A DNA stretch of 55,163 nucleotides, filler included, from Bipalium vagum (taxonomy: Eukaryota), in NCBI GenBank assembly GCA_037834085.1. It is 3 parts of 3 records of this genome, joined end to end, with 100 filler letters (N's around TTAATTAATTAA, not from the genome) between each part and the next. Parts side by side here need not be neighbours in the genome. Positions count along the whole stretch, not along the records: positions 1 to 16,667 come from JBBMKC010099477.1; 2 more parts are not named here. One strand, 5' to 3'. Position numbers and translations under genes: made by a program. Of this stretch, positions 1-12,020 are shown piece after piece (positions within the stretch are counted from its first letter, which is position 1; each line of letters opens with the position of its first letter). The notes beneath the pieces are model-generated. The model had not been told where the DNA came from and did not search any database. It saw nothing but the letters and a program-made list of their open reading frames with translations.

Positions 1-221
1 TAAATTTTTTTTATTTATTGTTGAGAAATATGGTCTCAAAAATTAGTTTATAATAAGTTGGATTTTGAACTTTACAACATAATATTTATATAGTTAAAAT
101 TAGGCCTGATAGACATAGATAATTTGAAATGAAATTATTGTTTCCATTAGGAATTTATGAGTAACTGGCTGTTTTGAATTTAATGAATTATTATAAATTT
201 TTAGTCACTAAATAAATAATT

Positions 222-633
222 TTAGTTATAAATAAAAGTTAGTAAACATGTTGTTTCAAATACATGTCCTACTGCCAACGCAACAGTGGCTATTTTAAGA
301 TCTCTGTTTCCGGGCCGGTTAATCTCTAAATCCGGAGACATTGATTGGCCCCCAGAATTAACAGTCCCTGGCTTTTTTCTATGGGAGTACTTGAGTATTA
401 TTATGGACCTCAAACAAAATATCCAGAAGGCTGTCCTAAATATTTCCCCGGAATTATGTGGAAACCTGATGGAAAATACTATGAAAAGAGCACGTAAGAG
501 TAAGGCATCCAGAGGATGTTATTTCCCATATGTAAATTTTGTATCTAAATAAATTATTACAGTAAGTCTCGTTTACATTTTTATAAAAAGATATTGTAAA
601 AATAAATCATCCAATAACTTATAGGTGACCCTG
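222..633 (+). mobile_element. Tc1/mariner transposase relic (3' part) with right terminus
   Basis: The translation GDIDWPPELTVPGFFLWEYL resembles the WPPRSPDLTPxDFFLWGYLK motif. The element ends in GGTGACCCTG followed by TA (634-635), typical of a Tc1/mariner end. Confidence 0.75.
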
Positions 634-639
634 TACTTA

Positions 640-1165
640 GGAGCTTTATTATTGTCAAACCATTGTTTCGGGCGTTTCCTCTATCGTTTCATAGAATTTA
701 TTTCTAGTCATATATCAAGATTCATTGAAGAAAAAGGTCACTTTTATTGCGCAAAACCAATGAAAGTCCCACTTCAAAACTGTGGATCCTTTGTTTTTCA
801 CTCAAGTGGTGCGACATCCACTTCTTCATTTTTTTACCTTTCCAATTTGATGAAAATGACAAACTACAATAATATGGTTGAGGTTGAGGTTTTCTTATAC
901 TTTTATGATTGATTTTGATGTATTAGCTTCGATTATCTTATCCAGCCGGTCATTGTCAATGTCGGATGTACGGCCATTACCTTCTGACATTCAAGAATCT
1001 CATCTCTCGGAGAAAATATTCATAACAAGGTTACATTATAAGATTACTAATGGTTCCTTGGCCATATATTTCATTGATTTTGCGAGCCTTCCCTGTGGTT
1101 TTGTGCTTAATTTTTTTTTACCTAAGCTCGTAGAAGAAAATTTTTTTAATTTGACTTCCATTTTC
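640..1165 (-). mobile_element. Degenerate mariner transposase (HTH to WVPHEL region)
   Basis: Frameshifted minus-strand pieces EGNGRTSDIDNDRL and HFHQIGKVK..(W)..HLSEKQK resemble mariner ERSGRPxEVDNDQL and HLKQIGKVKKLDKWVPHELS. Confidence 0.7.
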
Positions 1166-2546
1166 CGTTAAATAGTATCTAAAAAAATTATAAGTAATAA
1201 TCATTTTAAGTAATTTATTATAAAAAAAATACTTAATGAAAATAAGGTTTTAAAATCTATTAAGTTAAATAAATAAAAAACGGCATTAATTTTGCATCAG
1301 CTTAATGTTTTATTCTGTTTCTGAATTAATTTCTATGCATGAAAAAAATTCATTTAAATTTAAATCAGAAAGTCCAATAAATTATCTTTCATTTAATGTA
1401 TTTAATAAGCAACTTTCTTGTTATTTTATTTTCATTTAATTATTAGTTTTTTCTTAAATTTTGAAGATTAATTTAAAAAGATTTAACAAAATCCATTTAC
1501 TTAATATAAAGTTAAGTAAAAATAACAATAAATAAAAATCCCCTAAAAATTGTTTACGGTAATTATTTTTGTGATTGTGAAATAGATGAAAAGTAGTTTC
1601 AATCTTTTTGGACCATGTGAGATAGCCCTGAACACAGCATCTTCGAAACCACACCTCAACAATTCCGCAGTTCTTATCCTCAATCAAGAAAACTTTACAA
1701 ATAACACTTAATTTTCTATTGACAAATAACAAATGTATTTATTTAATTTTAAATAATTTTGTAATCGATAATAAAAGTTAATGATTATTTATTTATTTTA
1801 AATTTTTTACTGAAAATGTTTAATTATACGATTAATCCGTAATTTAAAACTCAATTTTATTCTTTTAGAGGTGACAAGTTTAAGTAAATATTAATAAATA
1901 TTTTTGATTGTTATTCAATAATGTTATTGGAAGTAAAATTCAAAAGTAGCGATAGACCTGTATGTTAACATTAGAAAATCTGTTAAATTAAATGAAACAG
2001 TTTTCGACATGCTTGGTAATGCAAAACTGGTCCTCTCTGAAGACCGGTTGTGAAAGAGGCATATTATATGATGTTGAAATAGCAATTTAAAACAAATGAT
2101 AGATTTAAAATGAGATATATAAAGTAAAATATATGACAAATTATTTATTTAATATTCAAAACAGTTTATTAACACATTGAATACCGGACCAATTATAGTC
2201 TTTGAAATTTTGGAAATATAATTAAACCTAAAGGTTATTTAATTTTCAGTTGAAACTATCCATATGTGCATTCCCTAAATGTCAGCAATATAACTATTAC
2301 TGTTAGAAAACCAGAATAATTTTTTCTGAGAGGCCGAATCACATATTTAACACAAAAAAGACCAAGACAAACGTTGCCAGTTTTAAGTTTCTAGCGTTTT
2401 AAACTGATTATCACAATTATATTTTTATTATTACGTTCAATTGAATTTTTTAACTTTATCAATATATTTAATCGATATATTTTTATATTAAAAATTAACT
2501 GATATTTCTATATCGAGTGTCTCAAGACTATAAAATATGAATTCTA

Positions 2547-4270
2547 ATGTCGGTTGAAGTGGATGATGTTTGGCTTTATGAATTGATTTTGAGTTATCTG
2601 AAAAAAATCGAAGAGGAGAGTCCAATTTTAATAAGGGAATCCCCTCATTTTACAAACGGAGATAGAAAAGTGATAATAGAATGGATTAATAAGCTGATCC
2701 GAATATTCAAGATCGGAATCGAAGCTCACCATTTGGCCGTTTTTTTGTTCGATTATTTTATCGCTGATCATCAAGCAGATCCCAAAGGTCTGTATTTAAT
2801 TGGAGCTGCATGTTTTTCCGTTGCATGTAAGCCGTATATTAATAAGTTCAGAGACAATGAGATTATTATTTTTCTTAGGTAAGGTCAATGATGTCGAAGT
2901 CAATGTTCCCCAGGCATCCAAAATTCTTAGGTTGGCACCTTTTGACAATGTTATGCAAAGCTATCTGCTAAAGTCAACTGAGATTCTTGTTTTACAAGTA
3001 AATTTTCAAAAATTAAATTTTTCTGTCCAAAAAAATTTTTCTAAGCATTTCAACTGGAATATTCACAAAACCACTGAAGCGTCATTTCTTGAGTATTATG
3101 GAGCATCGTGTTTGGCTGTTGAATTAGAATATGTTGAGGATATGGAATATGCTCATAGATTGGCAAGAGATTATGATAAATGGATCACGTATTTTAGAGA
3201 AAAAGTTTTATTAAGTAAAATTATTTAAAACTATTTTTTATAATTTTGTAAAATAAATTATTCAAAGATATTTGCTTCATGATTACGAGAGTATTGAGAA
3301 GTATTACATTTGATATCTTGAAATGAATCTTTAGAAAATTATTATTATTCAATTACACTAAAACGTATATAGTCATATTTTTCACTTGTCATTATTGTTT
3401 ATAAAAATCAAATCAAATGAAATCTATTAGAAATTATCATACAGAATGTTAATCTGTCTTTAAAAATATGGGTGTTAAATAAATCCTTTCCGATTTTTAA
3501 TATAATGTCATCAGAAATTTTATATTTACAGTTAAATAATAAATATTATATAGCTACATACAAATAGCAATTCCATTTATTCTTCAAAAATGTCACCTTT
3601 ATTGATGCAGATTTCAATACGTTTGGAAAAAATAAACTCAGTAAAATAAATTTCTGTTGATATTACATATTATAAAATCCGAAAGGACTTATTTAACACC
3701 TTTTAGAAATCTAAAAACCACTTGTTAGATCTTTTTCAGAAAGAAACTAGTGTGTCTGTTAATTTAATTGCTTAATTTTTAGTTTTTAAATTAATTTTTA
3801 ATTTTTTTGTTCAATTAATTTTTAATAAAATGTTAAGAAAAATTAGTACTTAGATCACACAAATAAAATAATTTTGTTGAAAAATTTTTGTTAACATGAG
3901 AGTTTTATTGCATTTTAGATCTGTCATTTTTCGATAAAAAAAATGTTATCATTATATATTTTGATATAATTTTTTCACGATAGATGACGAATTCCGTGAT
4001 CATAGACCATCAAAGGTTGCCAGCTCTATTGTTATATCCACTAGACTTTCAATGAATCTGGTTCCCGATTGGCCAGATTTCATGGTTCATTTAACTGGAT
4101 GGTATAAATCAGATTTGATTTTCATTATAAATAATTTAAGAAGGTATTTTTAATATTGTACATAAAAAGTAGCCTTTTATGTTTCATCTTTTTGTTCTGG
4201 ACATGATCTTAGAAATTAATTCTTAATTTCATTGATACTCTAGAAAATATTTTTGCCTATTTAAAATTTC

Positions 4271-4333
<63 letters not shown>

Positions 4334-5571
4334 CTTGATATTTTCAGTAATAAATTGAAGTCTTATAAAAATGACAAATGGCATATAATTAAAAATGTCA
4401 CTTAAGTAACAGTTTATATGTTTTAATAACACAAATTATCTACAGTAGTAGTACTATAGTAGTACATTATTTAAATTACATTTATAACCTCTCTTTGTGG
4501 CATGTCCTCGGATAAGAGACACCTCATTATCCGGAACAAATTCACTTATTCTTGTATTAAATATTCTTTAATAACTATTGGTCTAATAGAAAAAATATGA
4601 ACCTCAAATGCACCAAAATATTGTCAGTAATTGTAAGTATAATAATTATAATTTAAAACTGTACCATGAAGTTCCGCTGTACCATGCATTTGCTAAGGTA
4701 AAATTAACTCATGTGACTAAATACTTTTGACCGTAATTGTATTTAATTTTCAAAATTGCATTTAATATATATAATATAATTTGTTTTTAATATATCAAAA
4801 AAATATTTTTAAATTACTTAATAATTAATTACAATAAATAATAATTACGTACGATTAATTAAAATTGTAGCTTTTAATATTTATTATTTAAGCAAAATTT
4901 CATTTATAATTTACATTTTTGCTTTAATAATGCAAAAATATTTCAAAGTAATACAAAAAGTGCAAAAAATGCATTTGGTTGCCCTAGTAATAACATTTAT
5001 TTTTTGAAGAAATAAATAAATAAATGTAAATCATAAAATAAATTATATCCTGAGATTAAAAAGATTTCAGAAGCCTTTTATTTCAAATTACTTTGAGTAG
5101 AACAAGTTATTAAAATTTCATGTAAGTGTTTAAAATATATTAAGACCTTATTATTCTACAAAATGACTTTAATATGTGAAAATAAGACTAAATTTCAAAA
5201 TTAATTATCGCTTCCGAAATAAAATTAATTTAAGGTTTGTTTAAATGCATCATTTTTAAGAAAAATTAATCTGCTATAAAAAGATAATTTTGTTTAAAAT
5301 CATTTTCTTCTAAGAAACTAAATGAAATATTTACATCATAATAAATCAATTCACACTTCAATCACTGGCGTCATTTTTTTATCACTATAGTAAATATAAA
5401 AATTATATTGTATTTTTAAGACATTAAAATATCCCGATTTTTAATTTATACTTTGACTTATAATAATTCAGGTATATCCTAACCTATGGACTTGACATTC
5501 ATAAGACTTCATTTGTATTTGTGACTAAACTTTTTTTAGTTCGGGAGAAAATAATTTTCTTTCTCACTTAA
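2547..5571 (+). CDS. Cyclin J-like cyclin (5 exons, ~275 aa)
   Basis: Phase-consistent GT-AG exons: 2547-2826, 2879-2997, 3046-3214, 3984-4143, 5472-5571 (828 nt). Cyclin box DRKVIIEWI...AHHLAVFLFDYF...LYLIGAACFSVACK; TEILVLQHFNWNI..T.ASFLEYY; C-lobe HRPSKVASSIVISTRLSMNLVPDWPDFMVHLTGW. HLAVxLxD and the WPxxLxxLTxY-like motif are closest to cyclin J. The last exon is less certain. Confidence 0.8.
4273..4333. repeat. (TAT)n microsatellite
   Basis: About 20 perfect trinucleotide units in cyclin intron 4. Confidence 0.95.
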
Positions 5572-5743
5572 ATAAAAATAAATTTGTACGTTTACTTAAA
5601 ATAATTTCTGCTTTTCTCGATTTAAGTTTGTTTGCCTTTGATATACTAAAATAAATAAAAATGAAAATGGAATATAACTTAACTATTTTTAATACAATAT
5701 ATTTATTGAATATGTGGATAGTGACTTAAGATCAGATTTATTA

Positions 5744-6565
5744 ATGGAAAAGTATTCCGATTTAAACCAGTCGTTCAATAAACAACCGACCTTTCGTCAA
5801 CTCATGACTAACGCACAAAGATGCAATAGTAATGTGGATCCGGGAATTGGTAATGCTTCAATGGAAGACACATTTTTTCAATATAGATCTTCAAATATAA
5901 TTCATTCTGGAAATTCATCAAATGAAACTCTTCAGGCAGAAGTATTTGAAGTCCCTTCAAACTATTTTTTATCAAACACGTGTTTCAACAACAATCTAGA
6001 TTGTTCCCAAAATAATCCCTATCCAATGTTGTCTTCGTCTTATTTGTCTGTTGAAAAATCACATTCACAATCTCCGTTACTTAATTCTATTATGTTGGAT
6101 GACGATCTGAATCTTTCACTGTCTGGTACAAACAATCAATTACATTTGCAAAACACCATTCCATATGACCAACCAAAATCCATAGATAACTTCTCAACAG
6201 CTTGTGAACTTGGCCTGAAAATGCCTGAACATCAATATTTCTCAAATCTTTCGAATGTATTTCAAACATCATTAATGGAAAACCTGAATCCATCTATCAG
6301 TTATCCAAATACTGTTTCTACCTCAATCACCTCATCTTCAATATATGTAATTTTATCCCAAAAAGAAAAAAAACTTCAGTGTTACAATAAAAGTTCTCAA
6401 TCTTTGAACGATCAGCCCAATGCAATTTCATCACGACGATCGCAGACTTCTGATTCCATAATCTCAAATTGTGAAAGAAATGGGTATCGCTCATTAAGAA
6501 AACGAAGTCCAAGACTTATGGTCAATGTCAATGGTGGAGGATCATCACATTCGTTAAATTTCTAG
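5744..6565 (+). CDS. Ser/Asn-rich low-complexity ORF (273 aa from first ATG); either an alternative terminal exon of the cyclin or a separate single-exon gene
   Basis: An 850-bp stop-free frame with higher GC than its flanks, followed by AATAAA near 6700. There is an in-frame TAA at 5690-5692 and the first ATG is at 5744. No recognisable domain. Confidence 0.65.
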   Translation: MEKYSDLNQSFNKQPTFRQLMTNAQRCNSNVDPGIGNASMEDTFFQYRSSNIIHSGNSSNETLQAEVFEVPSNYFLSNTCFNNNLDCSQNNPYPMLSSSYLSVEKSHSQSPLLNSIMLDDDLNLSLSGTNNQLHLQNTIPYDQPKSIDNFSTACELGLKMPEHQYFSNLSNVFQTSLMENLNPSISYPNTVSTSITSSSIYVILSQKEKKLQCYNKSSQSLNDQPNAISSRRSQTSDSIISNCERNGYRSLRKRSPRLMVNVNGGGSSHSLNF

Positions 6566-7948
6566 TGAAAATATCAAACGTTACAATTGTTAAAGAATAA
6601 GAATTTTTTATTTTTCTTCTAAAATCACGTTAATGTTTACTAATCGGTATTGTTAATTGTTTGATCACAACATTTGTGACCATTGTACATTTTTCGTTAA
6701 AATAAAATTTGTTTATACATTTCATTTTTTAGATATTAAATTACAAAATAACTGGCGATTTAAATATATTTCCAGTGATTTAATTGGTTTACTCATTTGA
6801 ATTAAAATTACCACAAAAAATTGAAAGATATTGTGCCAAAATATCGAAAAATTACTCAAAGCAGCGATCTGAGAGGCTAAATGTGTGCAACACAATCGTC
6901 TAGTTGCTTCTAGAGCAAATCTTATATGAACATTAATTAATTTACGATTTATTAATTTTATCATTGTCACAAAATTAAAAAAGTTTTTCTTCGTTCTGAG
7001 TGATTTCAGATATTCTCATCTGCAGTTGTTTGTTTTCTGTTTTTGATTTTGTTCAACAATAACAAGAGTTATAACCAATATGGAAAGCATTGAGAATTTT
7101 CATCAAAAACATAATTATTAGCATATCTAACAAATGAAAAATATTAAAATTCAGAATCAGATAAATAGGAAAAAATCAATCTTTGGTACAGTATATCCTC
7201 CGTTCGATAATTATATTAATCTAAGATTTTCAAATATACTTTTTAAACAAAATTTAAGAGTTTTTAATCCTAACCATAATTTTAACAATAATTTTTCATC
7301 TTAACCATATTAAATCTTAATATTAAAACTTAATTTTTATTGGTCCATAGTGGCGCACTAACCAATGGGTGGATAGTATATTATACAAAGATAATATACC
7401 AAAAGCTCCGCAAATTCTGTCAATCATTTAACCTGATTAATTTACTAAACTTTAATAGAAAACATTAATCTAACTCAAATTAATATCTTTATTCTAAAGA
7501 ACCGGTCCTCAGAATTTTTAATATCAAAAATTCATTTAATAAAACTGCAACATTACTATTATTTAATAGCAAAGAATATAATATTCTGGTTTGGAATTCA
7601 TCCGATTTCTGTTAACTAATTCAGCTTGAAATTGTATCGAAAACTGATGACAATGTTCGATGAATCCATTGTAAATTATATCAAATAATTACATTAAATC
7701 AAAATATTTATAATTTCATTTAATACCAGTGAAAACCAAATCACTTAAAGTAAGCGCTTGAAGCACCAAAAATCAGCTCTTAACAAATTTTGAAAAATAT
7801 TATAAGAGTTGAAGATGTAAGGGCACATTAACAGTTAACGAAAAAAATAATATTGAGAAAATTAAAAAACCTGGAAATTTTTTTTACAAAGTCAAGAAAC
7901 ATGAACGAGTAATATATAATTACAAAATAAATAATGATCTGAAAAAAT

Positions 7949-10900
7949 TCAATCTTGCAATTTTAAGATCATTAAATTATCGATTATTGATTTTACTATA
8001 TTTTCCGTGAACCCTGTCGATCCAATCCCTATCAACTGATTTATCAGATCGGAACCTTTCAATGTAATTGACTGATATTGATTTATCAAATCATTGATTG
8101 AGTGAAAATTCGATAAATCATCAATAATATCGATTTTATCAAAATCTGCATAATCGATGATGAATATGGAAATTTCATACGTCAAATATGACGAAATCTG
8201 AGAACGAGATTGATTGAGCTGCTTCGTCACCAATTTTGATTGGATTTTTTGTCGTAAAATCGATAGATTTGTCTTCTCGTATTTCCGACAAATGTTTCGA
8301 ATCAAATTCCAAATTTCCACCAGGTTTTTCCTGTCTCGCCAAATCAATTCGTGTACTTTCAAAAGAACGAAATAAAAAGATATTTCACTCGTGTTTTCTA
8401 TTCGATCCACCCACTGTTTCCACCAATCGCAATCAGCCGAATTCTCATCATCCTCTGCCGATTCCAGAATCAAAGCATTGACGAAATTGAAAGCACATTG
8501 ATCTGCCAGTTGAAACTGACAATGTATGATCAGAGTTTTTATTGTTACCCAATTGGCCAACTTCGATGTTCTTCGATTCATGGAATCGATAAAACCCTGA
8601 TAATTGTGCAATTCCAAGTAACAAAGTGCGCACAATTCAAAACTGCCAATTTTGAAAAAATGATCTTTCAATTTGATTAATAATTCGCCAATCAAACCGT
8701 GATTTGGCGGCAATCGAAGTTTAGCCATCACAAGAGCTTCTCGGAAGCATTCGTTCTTTAGCAGAACATTAACAGCGTGCTCTGAATCCGACAAAGCTAG
8801 GCAATATGTGGCCGCCAAAACTGGATCATTTTTGTTTGTCAAGATGTTGCTGACGATCATATCAATCAGATCTTTCGGAATATCGTGCGATGTGTACGCA
8901 AAAATAATCATCATTAGCCAATCAGGACAGTACTTCATCGAGATCGATTCGCGAACAACTTGACCGATTTTCCCCACCCAGATCAATAAGAGAAAATAAT
9001 TTTCCAGATTTCCGTCTTTTTTCAGATTTTCTAGTTCGACTGAGATTTGCTTCAAAATAGCCGCCCGAGAATCCAAAAGTGACAGACAAGGTAAATAATC
9101 GATCTTGTTTTCAACGAAATTTAAAACTCCATTCTGGTACGTTTCCAGGCCGTGGTGAACATTGAAAATCGTTGTCGGAAATAGACTGTTTCGTTTCTTG
9201 ATGAATTTCTGAGCAGCTTTCTTTTGATTCCCGAAATCTAATTCAACATCAGTTTTTATTCGTTTCTTTTTATCGAGATTATTTCGCATCTTTTCCTCTT
9301 CATCATTCTTCTTTTCTTTCTCATCACCGTTTCCAACGACAGTTGTCGATTGATCGATTTCCTCCACAATTTCCGACGCTTTATGACCTTGAACATTGAC
9401 TCCCGGTAGAAAAGGAGCTAGATTACGTCTTTTGTTGAGATCCCGGTGCAACCTCTGTTCCGAAGGGCGCCACACAAAAAGGTTCGAGTCTTCACCACCG
9501 GAATAGATGAGATCGGGATCCCGGTTGCTCCATTTGCAGCACAAAACCCGTCCCTGGTGACACGTGAAGCTGACAACTGCCGCATTATCTGTAATGCTCC
9601 AAATGAAAACGGTGTGATCATATGATGAACTGGCAAGTTTGTTCATGTCCATTGTGCACCAATCAACACAGGTGATCCGGTCCCCGTGACCTTTGAACTT
9701 GGCCAGAGTCTCGTTGAACTCTACGATTCCCCAATTCGACTGTCTTTTGTCACTACTCATGACAACGGTCGTTTCGAACTTGGTGATCACTGATTCGAAA
9801 TCAGTAACGGTAAGGAACCGTTCATTTGATCCGACAGCCAGTCGATAACGATTTCCAGATGGACACCATTTCATGCAATTGATTCCTTTCGTATGGGTCC
9901 TAATCTGACATACCTGCATGAGTGGGTTTCGGTCAGTTTTCATGGCAAAAATCATCACGACACCGTTGCTATAGCCAACAGCAAAATATCGCATGGATCC
10001 GTGCATCACAAAGTCGCAAATCTTCTTTGAATCAGCTGAACCACCTATATCACTGACGTTCTCCAAATCGTTAACCAGATAAGGTGTGACATCACAGAAT
10101 TCATTGCGACGAAAATCATGGAGAAGCAATGCATTGCTTCCCACCGTGTAGACGACCAGGTCATCGTGTTCCTCGTCACCAAGGCCACTAGTGTCACTGG
10201 TATCTATCTTCCATTTGACTTTTACACTTCGACGGATATCCTTTCCCCATGTCGTGATAAAAACTTTGGACTTGTGCAATAACTTTGACGGAGTCGCAAT
10301 CTTTTTGTCGCCACGGGCAACGTTGACGCAACCAACTTCACCGTTATCAGTACCGAATGCCAAAACACCTTCACGAGATGGATGCCAGCTGATTGATAAA
10401 ACTTTTCCGTTTACCCCGTTCCAAATATTGGTCGATTCATACGTGTTACTCTGGTGAACGGACCCGGACGGTGTCATTTTCTGTCGCCAAAGACGAATCA
10501 TGTCAGCACAGCCAATAGCCAATTGGTTACTGTGATCGACAGAGTCCATGCTCAAAACCGATCCTCCTAGACACGGAATGGAATAAATATATTCTCCATC
10601 ACCACCCTGGGTCGTTATTCGGGACACATTCAGCATCCTGTCCAGGCTGTGAGACAACAAAATTCCGTCACGGTTTTCGAATTCTACAATGCCGAAAATA
10701 GATTTCGAGTGCGATTTCGTAAAGCTGTTCTGGCTAAAATACTTGATATCAGCTGATGTTGGAGACTTCAATACACCGAGATTACCAAATGCCGTTGTCA
10801 CAATCAACGTACCATTGTTGACTGGTGACCAGTGAAGTGTCAGCCAATTCGAATTTGTATTGATTGATGTGTCCTTTTCATTGGACCCTTCTAGACTGCT

Positions 10901-11758
10901 ACAATTGACTTTGGCTGGCATAGTGATCGTTTTTAAATTGAAATTCTTTTCCACACGCCACAGTTTGATTCGACGATCTTTGCCCGACGTTGCTAAATCG
11001 CCCCACAATTCCAAATTGGTCTCAATCGGATTCCATGCCACACTGCACACATCGGAATTATGGGCCCTGAATTGTGTCTGTTTGGAAATGGAATCGAATT
11101 GGTTCCAAAGAAAGATCACAATCACGCCTTTTTTATGGGATACCGCAAATCTGTTTTTATTCCATGCTATTTGCACAATATCTTCCGTAACACCGGTATA
11201 AAATGATTTCTGTGGAGAGTACTCATGTTCCAGATAATTCCATGACAAAAATACTCCTTTTTCAAATCCACACGTGATATTATTAAATTTACTGATAGAA
11301 ATACATGTAGGTAATCCGCTGATTTTTGTGGTGCTCAAATTAAACTCTTTCAGACAACAACATATATTGTCAATATTGTTATTTTCTATTTCATTAAATG
11401 ACCAAATACGAATCATCTTGTCTTTACCGCAAGATGCAAATCGTGGTATTATAGACATCCCATTGAATTTCATGTAAATTCCATTTGGTATCGTACATAA
11501 ACCAGTAATATACTCATGATGGGCTTTCATGTAGTAGTAGATCTTAGTATCAAAAGAATTTCGGTGTGACTTATTATCATCCAAAATAATTTGAGACGTA
11601 TTTTGGTTTTCAAGCAACTTAATAAAATATATGTGAGTTCGTGAACCGTAATAAAAGATCCCGAATTTTTCATCGTGATTCCACTCAAATGTGTCCATGA
11701 TACTAGAGACGTACCACATTGGGGAATTTATTAAGGCAGAATAAATAGGAAGAGCCAT
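7949..11758 (-). CDS. GEMIN5: Gemin5-like (rigor mortis-like) WD40 + TPR-like protein, single exon, 1269 aa
   Basis: Multiple WD40 repeats (AHHEYITGL...SCGKDKMIRIW; AHNSDVCSVAW...TSGKDRRIKLW; GHGDRITCVDW...SSSYDHTVFIW; HQGRVLCCKW...IYSGGEDSNLFVW). Gemin5-typical WHPSREGVLAFGTDNGEVG and a TPR-like AVNVLLKNECFREALVMAKLRLP...ALCYL. The first in-frame ATG (MALPIYSALINSPMWY) is at 11758; the ORF-track start at 11851 is a GTG in AT-rich UTR. Confidence 0.85.
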   Translation of the reverse strand: MALPIYSALINSPMWYVSSIMDTFEWNHDEKFGIFYYGSRTHIYFIKLLENQNTSQIILDDNKSHRNSFDTKIYYYMKAHHEYITGLCTIPNGIYMKFNGMSIIPRFASCGKDKMIRIWSFNEIENNNIDNICCCLKEFNLSTTKISGLPTCISISKFNNITCGFEKGVFLSWNYLEHEYSPQKSFYTGVTEDIVQIAWNKNRFAVSHKKGVIVIFLWNQFDSISKQTQFRAHNSDVCSVAWNPIETNLELWGDLATSGKDRRIKLWRVEKNFNLKTITMPAKVNCSSLEGSNEKDTSINTNSNWLTLHWSPVNNGTLIVTTAFGNLGVLKSPTSADIKYFSQNSFTKSHSKSIFGIVEFENRDGILLSHSLDRMLNVSRITTQGGDGEYIYSIPCLGGSVLSMDSVDHSNQLAIGCADMIRLWRQKMTPSGSVHQSNTYESTNIWNGVNGKVLSISWHPSREGVLAFGTDNGEVGCVNVARGDKKIATPSKLLHKSKVFITTWGKDIRRSVKVKWKIDTSDTSGLGDEEHDDLVVYTVGSNALLLHDFRRNEFCDVTPYLVNDLENVSDIGGSADSKKICDFVMHGSMRYFAVGYSNGVVMIFAMKTDRNPLMQVCQIRTHTKGINCMKWCPSGNRYRLAVGSNERFLTVTDFESVITKFETTVVMSSDKRQSNWGIVEFNETLAKFKGHGDRITCVDWCTMDMNKLASSSYDHTVFIWSITDNAAVVSFTCHQGRVLCCKWSNRDPDLIYSGGEDSNLFVWRPSEQRLHRDLNKRRNLAPFLPGVNVQGHKASEIVEEIDQSTTVVGNGDEKEKKNDEEEKMRNNLDKKKRIKTDVELDFGNQKKAAQKFIKKRNSLFPTTIFNVHHGLETYQNGVLNFVENKIDYLPCLSLLDSRAAILKQISVELENLKKDGNLENYFLLLIWVGKIGQVVRESISMKYCPDWLMMIIFAYTSHDIPKDLIDMIVSNILTNKNDPVLAATYCLALSDSEHAVNVLLKNECFREALVMAKLRLPPNHGLIGELLIKLKDHFFKIGSFELCALCYLELHNYQGFIDSMNRRTSKLANWVTIKTLIIHCQFQLADQCAFNFVNALILESAEDDENSADCDWWKQWVDRIENTSEISFYFVLLKVHELIWRDRKNLVEIWNLIRNICRKYEKTNLSILRQKIQSKLVTKQLNQSRSQISSYLTYEISIFIIDYADFDKIDIIDDLSNFHSINDLINQYQSITLKGSDLINQLIGIGSTGFTENIVKSIIDNLMILKLQD

Positions 11759-12020
11759 AATAAACTGAAATATATTGTATTTTAGAAATATAAAAATTAA
11801 TTTATCAAATATTAAAATATCATGTTTTAAACTAATTACTGAAAACTTCACTAAAACAAAATAATTAAATAAAACTAATTTTTATAATATTATAATTAAG
11901 AATGTAATTAGAAGAAAATTAATCTACTTAACAAACTCTTTGAAATGATCGTAATTCATATACTTAGTAATTAATTTTTAAAATTTTAATAATGACAATA
12001 GAAATAATTATTAGTATATA

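Noticed and set aside
4229-4432. Poly-isoleucine ORFs (also 25383-25673 and 25387-25587)
   Set aside because: They are translations of (AAT)n microsatellites.
8236-11477. Several plus-strand and alternate-frame ORFs inside Gemin5
   Set aside because: Shadow ORFs of a long GC-richer coding sequence; no motifs and mostly non-ATG starts.
11759-11851. N-terminal 31-aa extension of Gemin5 in the ORF track
   Set aside because: It begins at GTG in very AT-rich sequence; the eukaryotic start is more plausibly the ATG at 11758.
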